Shown here: one piece after another, positions 23,982-37,089 of the stretch
Numbering within the stretch: the first letter of the stretch is position 1
Layout of the letters: each line of letters begins with the position of its first letter
Assembly (NCBI GenBank): GCA_038087875.1
Contig: CM075997.1
Coordinates: 3,598,001 to 3,662,000 of the forward strand
Source: Malacoraja senta
Lineage: Eukaryota
Direction: 5' to 3'
Length of the DNA stretch: 64,000 bases
The notes under the pieces: generated by a model
What the model was told of the DNA's origin: nothing
The model's input: the letters and a program-made list of their open reading frames with translations, nothing else
Databases searched by the model: none
Program-made: the position numbers and the translations under genes

Positions 23982-26900
23982 TTGAGGAAGCTCTACTGTG
24001 TTGAGAGTGAGGCAGAGGGATATGTATCAATCACAGTCCAGTGTTATGTGATATACACTAATGCGGTAGTACTCAAATTCAAAAGAAATTGAACATCAAA
24101 ACATAGTAGAAGCTGGAAATCTGACAACAAAATAGAGAACGCCAGAGCATTCCGCACATCAGGCAGCTGCTTATTTATAATATTTTCTTATGACGCAAGA
24201 AGAGGCCATTCGGCCTGTCAGGTTTTGTGCCAGCACTCAGACCACACCCATCAATCCCGTTCTCCCACTTATCTCCCTGCAGTCCCTTCCCCTTCAAATC
24301 CCCATCAACATGGGATAAAGCCTCTTTTATCTGCAATTTTAAATCTGTTTCTCTTTCCATCAATGCTTCCTGATCTGCTGCGTGCCTCCAGCATGTTCTG
24401 TTCAAATTAGGGAATTTAAAAGACACTCATCTTGTAAATGTTAGTGTGAAACACTCTACCGGAAGGTGTGCTGGAAACTGACTATGTAGATACACTTAAG
24501 AGGAAAATAGATATGCATTTGAGAAAGGAATACAGGAGTTGAGTTTAGTTTATAGCCACGCGTGCCGAGGTACAATGAAAAGCTTTTGTTGCGTGCTAAC
24601 CAGTCAGCGGAAAGACAATGCATGATTACATGTATTGCTAATAGAGGTGGATGAAGAGAATTGTGGTGAAGCAAGGTGTAAGAAATGGGACCAAAGGCCC
24701 TCGTTACCAGATCCCGATGGCCAGTACCCAAGGATTTTAGAAGAAGCAGCTGCAGAATCAATGGTTGTTTCAAAACTCACTGATTTGCAAGAAGGTATCA
24801 GTGGATTAGAAAACCACAGATGTGCCTGCCTCCATTGTTGAAGAAGGGAGCAAGACAAAAAGGTGGTAACTTTAGGCCCGTAAGCTTAAAACCTGCAATT
24901 GGAAAGAAGCTGGAGCCTTTAGTTAAGGAAGAACTAGCTAGTCATTTAGAGAAGCACTCTGAAGAAGGGTTTTGGCCTGAAACGTTGCCTATTTCCTTCG
25001 CTCCATAGATGCTGCTGCACCCGCTGAGTTTCTCCAGCATTTTTGTCTACCTTCAAATAAATTATAATAATCTGCTAACCCAATATTCAGAACTTCAAAT
25101 GGTTTGGCATCTGACTCAATGTGTGTTGTTTCCCATGCTTTGGTATCTTGTTTCCTGCACTTCTTTTATACTTTCCAGAGCTCTGTTTCCCCAGTTCATT
25201 TTAAACACAGTACTCCCATTAAACTCACTCACTGGTAGTCTGATCCCCTGTACAATTTTAAAAAACAGAGCCCCATTTTCCAAGCTCCATTGGAAGTCAC
25301 TGGGCCATTCTTATCCCACTCCCTGTAAACTGCCCATTTCCCGCACATTCTTTACACAAACCAGATTATTTGGGAGGAGACAAAAAATGCTGGAGAAACT
25401 CAGCGGGTGAGACAGCATTTATGGAGAAAAGGAGTAGGCGATGTTTCGGGTTGAGACCCTTCTTCAGACTGATGGGACAGTGTCTGGGACACTTGTTATA
25501 CTCCTATGTAACTTTTTAAAAGTGAATTAAAAGTGTGGTGTATTATTAATCAGAATAATATTCCGTAGTCCAGAAAAACTGCTGGTCCAGCACTACTACA
25601 TTCCTGAGGGAATTAGACTTTACTATCAGTGATGTCAGAGAAACCTTGCAGATATTAAAAAACTAATTTGAGATTATTTTTAAAGAGACATATCATTTCA
25701 TTCCGAGATCTTCGGTTTCCTCCCACACTCCAAAGACGTACAGCTTTGTAGGTTAATTGGCTTGGTAAATGTAAAAATTGTCCCTAGTGGGTATAGGACA
25801 GTGTTAATGTGCGGGGATCGCTGGTTGGCGCAGACCCGGTGGACCGAAGGGCCTGTTTCCGCGCTGTATCTCTAAACTAAACTAAAGATTAAATGTGCTT
25901 TTGGTTTGTGTTTATCTTCCCTACAGGGACAGCTAATTCTCTTTTTCATTTTACTTTGGTGATCCTGTGCACTTTGTAAAAGCTTACAGTGCCCATGCAC
26001 TGTAAAAACACAGGGAACTTATTCCGAATCAGAAGATTTAAAGAAAACCCATAGACTTGTGTTTCTGATTCTAAGCTAGCTATTTATGTGGATGAAGGAC
26101 TTTCTCATTCAGACATGAAGAGCAGCCACTTCAGAAAGGAATAGGAGTGTTGCATGCAGCAACAGACAGCACCATTAGGAGAGATGAGAAAATAGAAAAG
26201 TGGAATCTTGCTTATTCTTGTAACCTACAGTAGTCTTTAAAGGGTTAAAGGCCTCAGTAATCCTCTGCATCCCATCTGTCTGTTGCCACTAGCTTCAGTT
26301 CCACAATATTTACAAAGCAAAAGTTTGTCAGTGGAATGGGGGCAGGGGGTGTGTTGGGGGCAGGGGAGCCTGTGGGTTGCCCCATGTTCTGTAATCTGAG
26401 CTCCCCTGAAATGACCATGTCTACAATAGTATGTGTGGCCTGCATTATTGCGAGCCTTCTGCCTTCGCTTCCCACCTCCCATCTGTTGGCCTGTGGCACC
26501 CAGGGAGCCTTTCTGAGGACACAACATCCCCTCCTGAAAAAGACTGGGGCTTGCCGAGAGCAACAGCAGTGACAGACCTGCTGTGCATTTAAGATTACGA
26601 TAGTTTAAAGACTGCTGGTACTATAACCACAGTGTTAGGGACTGATTCCCCAAAGGACCTTTTCATTTCCAGATGAAAGACATGGGTAGTTATAGCCACA
26701 AGTGCTTAATTACATATCAATGTCTCTTCAGTACAACTGTTTGTGGCATTTAAGAAAATTATGTAGAGGCAAATTCTGTTGTACATATCGCACCCTCTGT
26801 GCCTTTACCTTGATCTTGACTGCACTCTTGCTATTTATTTTGTCCTACCTCATGTATTTTTTTCACATTCTCTGTAATAAATACACAATTCCTGTCAGAA

Positions 26901-28226
26901 TGGTTTAACAGTAAGGTGGGCTAATGATCTGCCTGCACTGAAATTTCATTTTGCAGATTATTTTTGCATTTTGTCAAACATTTCCAACATCTTAAACAAA
27001 GTATAATATATTAGTCTGGCAGAGGAGGTGGTTTGCAGATGTATGCATGTAGAGGTTGTGGCATGAAGCAAAAAAGTTATCTGTTCATTGAAGTGTAACA
27101 GAACTGAGTGTAGCGGTGAATGGAAATTTAATACAGATTTGGAATGCAGAACCAGTTTTACTACCTCCCAATTCTCACTATTCCCCCACCCCCATCACTC
27201 ACTTTCTCCCCTCTTCCTATGTGCTACCTTATTATTGAGATAGACTCTGCATTCCTCTCATTCTGATTTCTTGCCTGTTCCAATTTTTTAATTGCTCCAT
27301 TAATGTTAGCTGCCTGGGTTCTAAAGTCTGGAATTTTCTTCCTAAACCTGTCAGCCTTCTTGTCTCTGTTTTTAGAATCATTAAATCATTATGGCACAGT
27401 GGAAAATAATTGTTCTGCTGAATTTATACTGGCTCTTATTAGAGCAATCCCGTCAATTCCACTCCCATAGCCCTCCCTGTAAGTTATTCTTTCTTATGTG
27501 CTTATCCAATTTCCTTTTTCTTCAAACCCTATCATATTTTTGGTCATATATTGTAATATCTCGCTGTTGCTTTGTGTCAAACGTTATTTGACCTTTCGTG
27601 AGACTTTTAAAATGTCCTTATTGTGGGTCTGAGAAGCCAGAAATACCCCCCATATCTTTGTCTTAGAGTGGGTTATACACAAGCCTCTGGGACAGTACTG
27701 AGAGAATGCTGCACCTTCAAAGGTGCCACGTATTCAACGATATACTAAATCAAGGCCCAATCTCCTCTCAGAAGGATGAAAACAAAAGTCCCATGGCATG
27801 ACAAGAAGGAGAGCATAGAATTTCTCCCTGGAGTCTTGCCCAATATTTATTTCTCACCCAACACAATGAAACAAATCTGCTTATTGTTACATTGCAGTTT
27901 GGCAAGACCTTACTATGTACAAATTGACTGCTTCATTTTTTACATCTATGTTTTGGGTGTTGCTAAGTTTAAGGTTTTGCTTTTTTGTACAATGGAACCA
28001 ATTTTTGCAGTCAAATACTAGCTCTCGGCAGGCACGCGAGGAGAAGAGTGCATGGTGTGCACAAGTATTACAGAGTACAGGTGAGACCATAGAGTAGTGT
28101 GTGCAGGAATGATATGCTTCATCGGTGTCTGACTGTGCAGTGAAGGTTCAGTAGATTGATTATTGGGATGAAGAAAGACTTAATGAGGTTAGGAGAGGTT
28201 AGGTAAAATAAGTTTAGCTTAGTTTA

Positions 28227-28822
28227 GGGCGGTCAAGATGGCGCAGCGGTAGAGTTGCTGCCTTACAGCGAATGCAGCGCCGAAGACCCTGGTTCGATCC
28301 CGACTACGGGTGCTGTCTGTAAGGAGTTTGTACCTTCTCTCCGTGTCCTGCGTGGGTTTTCTCAGAGATCTTCGGTTTCCTCCCACACTCCAAAGACGTA
28401 CAGGTTTGTAGGTCAATTGGCTTGGTATAAATGTAAAAGAATTGTCCCTAGGGGGTGTAGGATGGCGTTAATGTTCAGGGATCATTGATCAACACGGACC
28501 CGGTGGGCCAAAGGGCCTGTTTCCATGCTGTATCTCTAAACTAAACTAAAGATAGAGAGTGGAAGCAGGCCTTTCGGCCCAGAGTCCACACCGACCAGTG
28601 TTCCCCGTACACTAACACTATCCTACACACACTAGGGACAATTTACAATTATACCGAGCCAAATAGCCTACCAACCTGTACGTCTTTGAATTGTGGGAGG
28701 AAAACTCATGCAGGTCTCGGGGAGAACGTACAAACTCCGTACAGACAGCACCTGTAGTCAGGATCGAACCTGGAACTCTGGCGCAGTAAGGAAGCAACTC
28801 TACCACTGCGCCACCATGCCGC
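28227..28822. mobile_element. Tail-to-tail pair of HE1-like SINEs (+ 28227-28549; - 28550-28822)
   Basis: Both copies have a tRNA-like head, core and tail and abut in opposite orientation. Confidence 0.87.
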
Positions 28823-30942
28823 CCTATTTGTTCAAGAGTATAATTAATTTCAGAGTTTATCACCACATGTTTAAAACCACAACCTGCTTGTTAAGGGTGA
28901 GATAAAGTTGTTTTTACAATTCATTCATGGGATGTTGTTGTTGGGAATGCTGACATTTAGTATTCATCTATCATTGGCCATGAACTAAAGAGGGAGCAGG
29001 AGTCGAACATTTGAAGGTTTGGTGTTACTTAGAGGTCAGACTGGATAAGGATGCCAGATTTCCTCCTCTAAAGGATATGAGTGAACCAGATGCTTACTGT
29101 TACTGAGGCAACCTTTTAAAAAAAATAATTAATGGCTATTTAAAATTACTGAATTACTTGAATTTAAGTTCTCCAGCTACCATGGAGGGATTTGAACATG
29201 ACTCTGAACCAGTGGTCCAGAACTCTGGCTGTTAGTCCAGTAACGGAACCACTTCCATTTTGGTCTGTCCATTACTTCCTTTCCAATTAAAATGCAGTGT
29301 ACATAATTTTCTTGTTTAAAATCCGTTCTTTTTTTTGTTGTTGAATACATTACCTTGCTAATAATCAGTACATTTTAACAATTAAAAAAAATATAGTCAT
29401 ATCTTTTTTTGGTATCTGTAAATTTTAGAAAATAAAAGTCAATGTATTGTCGAACAGATTGAACCATTTACTTTGGAAAAAACTATCCACAGACAAATCC
29501 AGCACTAATCAAAGATTTGTTTCTTCTCGACTGTTTTTGATCGGGATGACTAGTAAAAGCACATGCCCAGTGCTTGACAGGGGTATGTAGGCCTTAAGGA
29601 TTCCAGGTTTGGTCCCTCGATACCAGAAAGGTAGTACAGTTGTGTAATGAACTCAAGTTAGTTCTGGCTGTGTGCATTATTCAGAGGACTCCATTAGGAG
29701 GTGCATTTGTGCTCTTTGAATGAAGGAAAGATCCATTTTAGCTTTAATTCCTCACAATGATTGCTTGTAAAGCATTTACAACTCTGGTCTGTTTACAGAT
29801 GTACACACATTTGGGTGCTCTACTGTAAGATAGTAAGAAGTGTGGATCAAGTGTATAAAGTTATATTGGAATTACGACCAAGTGTGTTGGTCATAAGATA
29901 GGATTTATGATCCTTGCTGTTGACATAAGCAAGATAGTTGAAAACATGTCCCTTCATGTACATGGTCATATATTTATATAGTAATCACCCATTATCTGCA
30001 AGCTACAGATAACGTGAACAAAGTTGTTGACATTTATGAATCCTAGCATTGAAACAGCTATAGTCTGAAGCCCTCATTAGATCCGGGACAAGGCGACAGT
30101 GTCTTCTCAAACATCTCATCGCCCATCTGCCGCCTGACAAAATGCTGCTCTGCTGCCTTCACTGTGCAGCATCTGGCCCTGTGCAATCTGTCACCTTTTT
30201 TTCTGGCACTGTCAGAAGTCAACCTGCACCAATAAAATCATCAAACAAGAAGCCACACTGTCGAGACGCAAATGAACAGACTGTATGCTGACTGTACACT
30301 TGGTCAGAAAGCCACAGGCTTCCAGGAGTATGTGCACACAGATTATATTTTGATTTGCCTCAAGTTACCTTTTTTTTTTAAGTACATATTGGTTTTAAAA
30401 CATATTTTTGAAGATTAATTTTTCATGTGTGTTGGACATTTGTATGGTAATTTTGAAATGCCACCCATAATGTTACTACATTGTATCATTTCTGACCACT
30501 TCTAACTGGAAAAAAATATCTCCAGTGAATTGTGAATGATATTTAATGGTAGCTGAAAATAGGTTAATTTAATCAAATGTTGTATAAATGTATCTAATGT
30601 AAAGTCCATGATCTTTTTATAGCACCTACTCCCGATTTAACTGACTTTTATTGCTTGTTTAGTATCATAAAGCCAAGGCAAGAATTTAATTGGAAATAAC
30701 ATTGACAAATGACTAACTATACTTTGAATTGATGTTCATGCAGCTTTGAAATTGTTCCTCCCTCTGTCCTGATCTGATTGCAAAATGAAAAGATGTTCAT
30801 AAGTTCTAGGAGCAGAAGTAGGGCATTTGGCCCATCAAGTCTACCCTGTCATTCAAATCTATCTTTCCCTCTCAGCCCCATTCTCCTGCCTTCTCCCCAT
30901 AACGCTTGACACCCTAACTAATCTTACACCCTTACTAAAGCT

Positions 30943-31350
30943 CCGTGGATTATCACCTTGTCGTGGTGGAGAAACTTGTGTGGACCTGAGATCCTGAGAG
31001 CGATGCCGTCTGGAGCTATGCTCCTGGTAGGGCCACCCATGGCGGTAAGGTCGAGGGGGAGGTCTCTGACAAAGAGCATTCCAACCAAGACCTCAACGGT
31101 GGAACAGGCGGAGGACGATGGCTAACCTTAGTGGAGCGTCACAACGGCTGGGAAGATTGCAGCAGAAAAGGCTCTCCGGTCGTTTTGGACTCCATGCCAC
31201 TGGATCCTGACCCAGATCTGTCAAGGACCATGTGATGGCTGTCTGGGCACCAGTCTCCCCACGTTAAATAAAGTCACGCACAGGCGTCCTCCATATAGGG
31301 AATAGCACCCTGGAGACACCCATGTTCAGCCACGACTGAAGGGGGCCTAA
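30943..31350 (+). mobile_element. Short RTE-clade-derived element (Expander/BovB-like 5' end)
   Basis: Begins with CACCTTGTCGTGGTGGAG...CCTGGTAGGG...GACAAAGAGC, resembling RTE 5' ends from recall. Possible TSD taaagct (30936-30942, 32039-32045) once the MITE is removed. Confidence 0.6.
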
Positions 31351-32032
31351 AGGGCCTGTCCCACTTACGTGTCCTTGGCACGCAAATTACGCGACCTCGT
31401 GGTCGCGTTGATGCGCACGGGCATTCTATGGCCGCGTGGGGCCGGTCCCACTTAGTTATGTAGTTGTGCGCAACATCGCGCGGGGCTCCGAAATTTTTGT
31501 AGTGCACGAAATCTTCGCGCGCCAACGGCCTGTCGCGGAACTGACGGCCAAAGTGGGACAGGCCCAAGACCCTGGCGTGACACAACGTTTCACCTTCAAC
31601 AGCAGCAGAAGCAGGCAAACGATCGCCGAACTCGGCCTGGGGCTCACGGCTGTTGCGGTCCGGATCCGCCCCCACTTCTACTCCCAGAGCGGGGCCAAGA
31701 AAATTGAAGATAGATACAAAATGCAGGAATAACTCAGCGGGACCAGCAGCATCTCTGGAGAGAAGGAATGGATGACGTTTCGGGTCAAGACCCTTCTTTT
31801 CAGACTGAAGAAGAGTCTCGACACAAAACGTCACCCATTGCTTCTCTCCAGAGATGCTGCCGGTCCTGCTGAGTTACTCCAGTTGGTGTCCATCTTCAAA
31901 TGACGTCACGCGCTCCAGGCGGCTGTGCGTACGCATGTAATCGCGCCCGACGATCGCGGGACCATCGCGGCTCAACGGGACCACGAGGTCGCGTAATTTG
32001 CGTGCCAAGGACACGTAAGTGGGACAAGCCCT
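31351..32032. mobile_element. Composite PIF/Harbinger-type MITE (subfamily D)
   Basis: ~50-bp TIR agggcctgtcccacttacgtgtccttggcacgcaaattacgcgacctcgtgg; TAA TSD; internal second TIR pair and a Penelope-like palindrome. Confidence 0.87.
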
Positions 32033-32866
32033 TAAGAATAAAGCTAGGCTTTAGTTGTCAGCTGGGAGATGTCCACCAATGTCCACCACTCTTCCCCTCT
32101 AGCTTGCTTGACATCAAGAACAAAATGCAAACCCACTACCAGGTGGGATTCTGTGTTTTATTGTTTTCAGTTGCATTGATCAGATCTTCCATTATGTTTA
32201 CTAATTAAAAAAATATATAACTATGGTCACCGCATTAACTTGCAATATGATGTGAAATTAATAGACCCAGATGAATGCAAGTTACATCAGAGATGTAGGG
32301 TTGAGACCCTAAATTATAGGATAGGAATTAGGCCATTTGGCCCATCATGTTTACTCCGCCATTCAATCATAGCTGATCTATCTTTCCCTCTCAACCTTAT
32401 TCTCCTGCCTTCTCCCTATAACCCCCAGCACCCGTACTAATCACGAATCTGTCAATCTCCACCGTTAAAATATCCATTGACTTGGCCTCCACAGCTTTCT
32501 GTGGCACTGAATTCCATAGATTCACCACCCTCTGACGAAAGAAATTCCTCCTCATCTCCTTCCCAGCAGATTATTCAATTGCATGGATCATCCGAGCAAG
32601 TCATCGTATACATTAATTCAGTGCCACTTTGTCCATGGGACGTGGTGCATTCAACTGAAGCATTCTGACTGATACCCCTGTGCAGTCTTCCCATAAGCTA
32701 TATGGGAGAATAGACACAAAATGCTGGAGTAACTCAGCGGGACAGGCAGCATCTCTGCAGAGAAGGAATGGGTGATGTTTCGGGTCGAGATCCTGCTTCA
32801 GACTGGGTAGGAAATGAGAGATATAGACGGTGATGTGGAGAGATAAAGAACAATGAATGAAAGATC

Positions 32867-34650
32867 GTCAAGTCAACTTTATTTGTCACATACACATACA
32901 AGATGTGCAGTGAAATGAAAGTGGCAATGCCTGCGGATTGTGTAAAAACTACAGAACAGAATAGAATAGAATCAGTATTTCCATAATAGAAAAAAAACAG
33001 CAATTTTAAAAAGACACAACACAACAGTAAATTAGTCCCTGGTGAGATAAGAGTTTACAGTCCTGATGGCCTGTGGGAAGAAACTCCGTCTCATCCTCTC
33101 TGTTTTCACAGCGTGATAGCGGAGGCGTTTGCCTGACCGTAGCAGCTGGAACAGTCCGTTGCTGGGGTGGTAGGGGTCCCCCATAATGTTGCTGGCTCTG
33201 GATCTGCATTCTCTGATGTATAGTTCCTGCAGGGGGGCGAGTGTAGTTCCCATAGTGCGTTCGGCTGAACACACTACTCTCTGCAGAGCCTTCTTGTCCT
33301 GGGCAGAGCAGTTCCCAAACCAGATTGTGATGTTGCCGGACAAGATGCTTTCTACAGCCCATGAGTAGAAGCACTGAAGGATCCTCAGAGACACTCTGAA
33401 TTTCCTCAGCTGCCTGAGGTGGTAAAGGTGCTGCCTTGCCTTACTCACCAGTGCGGCAGCGTGTGATGTCCATGTCAGATCCTCTGTGATGTGGACTCCC
33501 AGGTATTTAAAGCAGCTCACCCTATCCACAGTAGCCCCATTTATCTCCAGTGGCGTAAACGTCCTCGGATGTTGTGCCCTTCTAAAGTCCACAATCAGCT
33601 CCTTAGTTTTTATGATATTCAAGAGGAGGTTGTTGTCCTGACACCAGAGTGCCAGATTAGCCACCTCCTCCCGGTAGGCCTCATCGTTATCGGAGATCAG
33701 GCCCACCACCACAGTGTCATCAGCAAACTTGATGATGGAGTTAGAGCTGAACCTGGCCACACAGTCATGTGTGTACAGGGAGTACAGTAGGGGGCTGAGC
33801 ACGCAACCCTGGGGGGATCCTGTGTTCAGGGTGAGGATGCTCGATGTATGTCTTCCCATTTTGACTACCTGGGGCCTGGTGGCGAGAAAGTCCAGGACTC
33901 AGGCACACAGGGGGGTGTTAAGCCCCAGTTCCAGCAGCTTCTCAGCAAGTCTGGTGGGGACTATCGTACTGAAGGCTGAACTGAAGTCTATGAACAGCAT
34001 CCTCACATAGCCCCCCCTTCTGGCTGTCAAGGTGAGAGAGAGCGGTGTGCAGAACCTGGGAGACCGCATAGTCCGTGGATCTGTTCGGACGGTATGCAAC
34101 TGTAGCGGGTCCATGTTGCGAGGGAGGAAGGCGCAGATGTGGTTCTTGATCAGCCTCTCGAAGCATTTCATGACTATCGAGGTGAGGGCCACCGGTCGGT
34201 AGTCATTCAAACAAGCTGGAGAGGCATTCTTTGGTACAGGTACAATGATGGATCTTTTGAAGCAGGCAGGGATCGCGGACTTGGCCAGGGAGAGGTTGAA
34301 TATTGTGGTGAGCACTGGAGCTAGCTGAGTAGCTCAAGACTTATGTACTCGCCATCTGGGCCTACAGCTTTCCTCGTGTTCACATGTGTCGGAGCCCTCC
34401 TCACGTCGTGCTCGGACAACGAGAATGTGTGCACATCCCCAGCGGAGAACCTCCCTCCAGCTTCGCTAGCCAGCGCGCTGGCGGTGTTGTTAGCCGGCAA
34501 GTTAGGGGTGATGTTGCCGTCTCGAATCATGCGTAGAAAGAGTTCAGGTCATCAGCTAGGGAGGTGCCGGCACTCCCGGTTGAGGGGGGGCTGCTCTGGT
34601 AGTTAGTTATTGTCCGTATCCCCTGCCAAAGGTGTCTGGTGTCCCGCTAC
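32867..34650 (-). mobile_element. Rex1/Babar-clade LINE, 5'-truncated, frameshifted RT
   Basis: ORFs 33899-34315 (NDYRPVALT, MLFIDFSSAF) and 33032-33859 (GSPQGCVLSPLLYSLYTHDC, KFADD, FKYLGVHI); AATAAA(GTTGACTTGAC) tail. Confidence 0.93.
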
Positions 34651-35642
34651 TCCATCATGCAAAAAAGTTACGATAATAAAGGAAACAGGCCATTGTTAGC
34701 TGTTTCTAGGGCGAAAATGAGAAGCTACTAGTGCGACGGGTGGGGGAGGGATAGAGAGAGAGGGAGAGAGCTCCCCCTCTGTGTCTCCCCCCGCTCTCCA
34801 ACTCCACGGCCACACCTCAACCCAGACTCACCACCGCAGCCACACGCGCCCCCCTGGTGCCTGCCCGCGCCCCCATCCTCCACCCTGTGGACTCCAGCCC
34901 TGGCCTCAGACATCCCAGCCTGGACCCAACCCGGACCACAGGCACCAACAGCCGATCCGCCGCTCCCCGCAACAGCCCTCGCTCCATGCCCTGCGATCCA
35001 CACTGGCCGCGATGCGCCGGCACCAGCAGGCCCCCGCTCCGACCCACCCGCAGCCCCGGGCACCACCAACCCAGACCCGCAATGGACCCCAACCACACCC
35101 CACTCAACGCCATATGGGAGGATAGTCCCGATCTTCCAAACGACTTCACTGCAGACGTTTATTTTACCAGGACCTTCTGTGTAACTGTAATGCTGTAACA
35201 CTATATTACTCACTGGTAGTTTTCTCTTTGCACTGCCTGGTGTTCATGTGTATGGTATGACTTGATTGTGCCCATGTATAATATGATTTGATTGCATAGC
35301 ATCCCAACAAAGCTTTTCATTGTATCTCGGTACACATAACAAAAATAGACCAATACCAATAAACCGAATGCAGATGTCAACTTTCCAAGTCTAGATTTTC
35401 ATAGAGCAGCCAACTCCATACGAAACAGGTGCTCTGATTGTTGGATTTGTGAGAGGTTTTGTGATGAAGCTATGATACATGACGCAGAATATTAGTTATT
35501 TTCTGTTGCTTTAAGGTACGTTTCCTCATTCCTTCCTACCTCGACCTTTCTCTCATAATGACATGCTCTCCTCATCTGAGTAAACATTCTTCATGAATGA
35601 CGGCGTAGATTTGAAGGCAGATTTTGCACCTTGGTCATTTAG

Positions 35643-36096
35643 AGTCAGAGTGATACAGTGTGCAAACAGGCCCTTCGGCCCAACTTGCCCACACTAGCCA
35701 GCATGTCCCAGCTGCACCAGTCCCACAGGCCCGCATTTGGTCCATATCTTTCCAAACCTGTCCTATCCATGTACCTGTCTAACTGTTTCTTAAACGTTGG
35801 GATAGTCCCAGCCTCAACTACCTCCACTGGCAGCTTGTTCCATACACCCTCCGCCTTTTGCGTGAAAAGGTTACCCCTCAGATTCCTATTAAATCTTTTC
35901 CCCTTCACCTTAAACAAGGTCCTCTGGTCCTTGATTCACCTACTCTGGGCAAGAGACTCGGTGCATCTACCCGATCTATTCCTCTCATGATTTTATACTC
36001 CTACTGTAAGATCCTTCTGCGCTCCAGAATAGAGTTCCAGCCTACTCGACCTCTCCCTATAGCTCAGACCCTCGGGTCCTGGCAACATCCTCGTAA
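35643..36096 (-). mobile_element. CR1 LINE 3' end
   Basis: ...RNLRGNLFTQK.EGVWNKLP.EVVEA...FKKQLDRYM, followed by a CR1/HE1-type tail. Confidence 0.88.
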
Positions 36097-36372
36097 AGTT
36101 ATTTTCTATTGCTTTAAGGTATGTTTCCTCATTTCATGACTCATGCTCTCATTTTCTAACAGTGCCATCTGAGTAAACATTCTTTGTGAATGACAGCATT
36201 GATATTGAAGGTAGATTTTGCAGCTTGGTCATTTACTCTTTAACGCACAGGCAGTAATAGTTGCTCACCTTCTGAAATTCGGTTTCTTTACCTCTAACAG
36301 TGCCAGAATTTTCAGGAGTCGTGAGCATATTTAGCATAATGCGTTAGAGAGATTTCTCTGATCAGGTATCAA

Positions 36373-36653
36373 CACTGTGGCGCAGCTGGTAGAGCTATTG
36401 CCTCACAGCGCCAGAGACCCGGGTTCGATCCTGACCTCGGACGCCATCAGTTTCGAGTTTGCACATTCTCCTTGTGACCGCTTGGGTTTCCCCCCACATC
36501 CCAAAAATGTTTAGGTTTGTAAGTTAATTGATATCTGTAAAACTACCCCCCAGTTGTAGGAAGTGAATACGAATGTGGGATAACTTGGATGATGGTTGGA
36601 GTGAACTCGATGGGCCGAAGGACATGTTTCCATGCTGTAGCTCTGAACTAAAC
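36373..36653 (+). mobile_element. HE1-like SINE
   Basis: GTGGCGCAGCTGG A box, GGTTCGATCC B box, core and tail. Confidence 0.85.
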
Positions 36654-37089
36654 AACCACAAAATCAGAAAATGTACGATGTAGTCAGCAGGTCAGGCAGC
36701 ATCGATAGAAAGGGGAACATTCTACAGAAACGTCTTTGCTCTGAAACATTATCTTCCTCTCTCCACAGATGTCGCCTGACCGGCTGACTGTTTCCAGCAT
36801 CTTTTATTTATTTCAGATTTCCAGCATCTGCAGTTTTTTTTAATTTTCATTGTCCTTCTTCCATCCCTATCCATATTTACCAGTTTGATTGATTCATAAA
36901 TGTCAGGAGAGGAAAACTTCATTGGCAGTCCAGACGATGGCACAGCAGTTGGTGCTGTTGCCAAAAGATCTTGTAAAATCACCCTTAAATCGCTTGCCAA
37001 TGATGACCGCATTGAATTTGGATGAGTATAGGTATGGGCGTCAGTGTGATAAATGTTTCAAAATAAGTGTGATAAAATAAACTTTTCCC

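Noticed and set aside
28227..28310. tRNA gene
   Set aside because: A and B boxes run into the SINE core and tail, with no complete cloverleaf
31274..31834. 186-aa ORF as a Harbinger transposase
   Set aside because: It spans MITE and PLE non-coding repeats and has no DDE or Myb motifs
33032..33859. Active LINE or domesticated RT
   Set aside because: 5'-truncated, with frameshifts and a stop between the RT segments
34728..35213. Long overlapping ORFs as a host gene
   Set aside because: Explained by GC-rich, stop-poor low-complexity sequence
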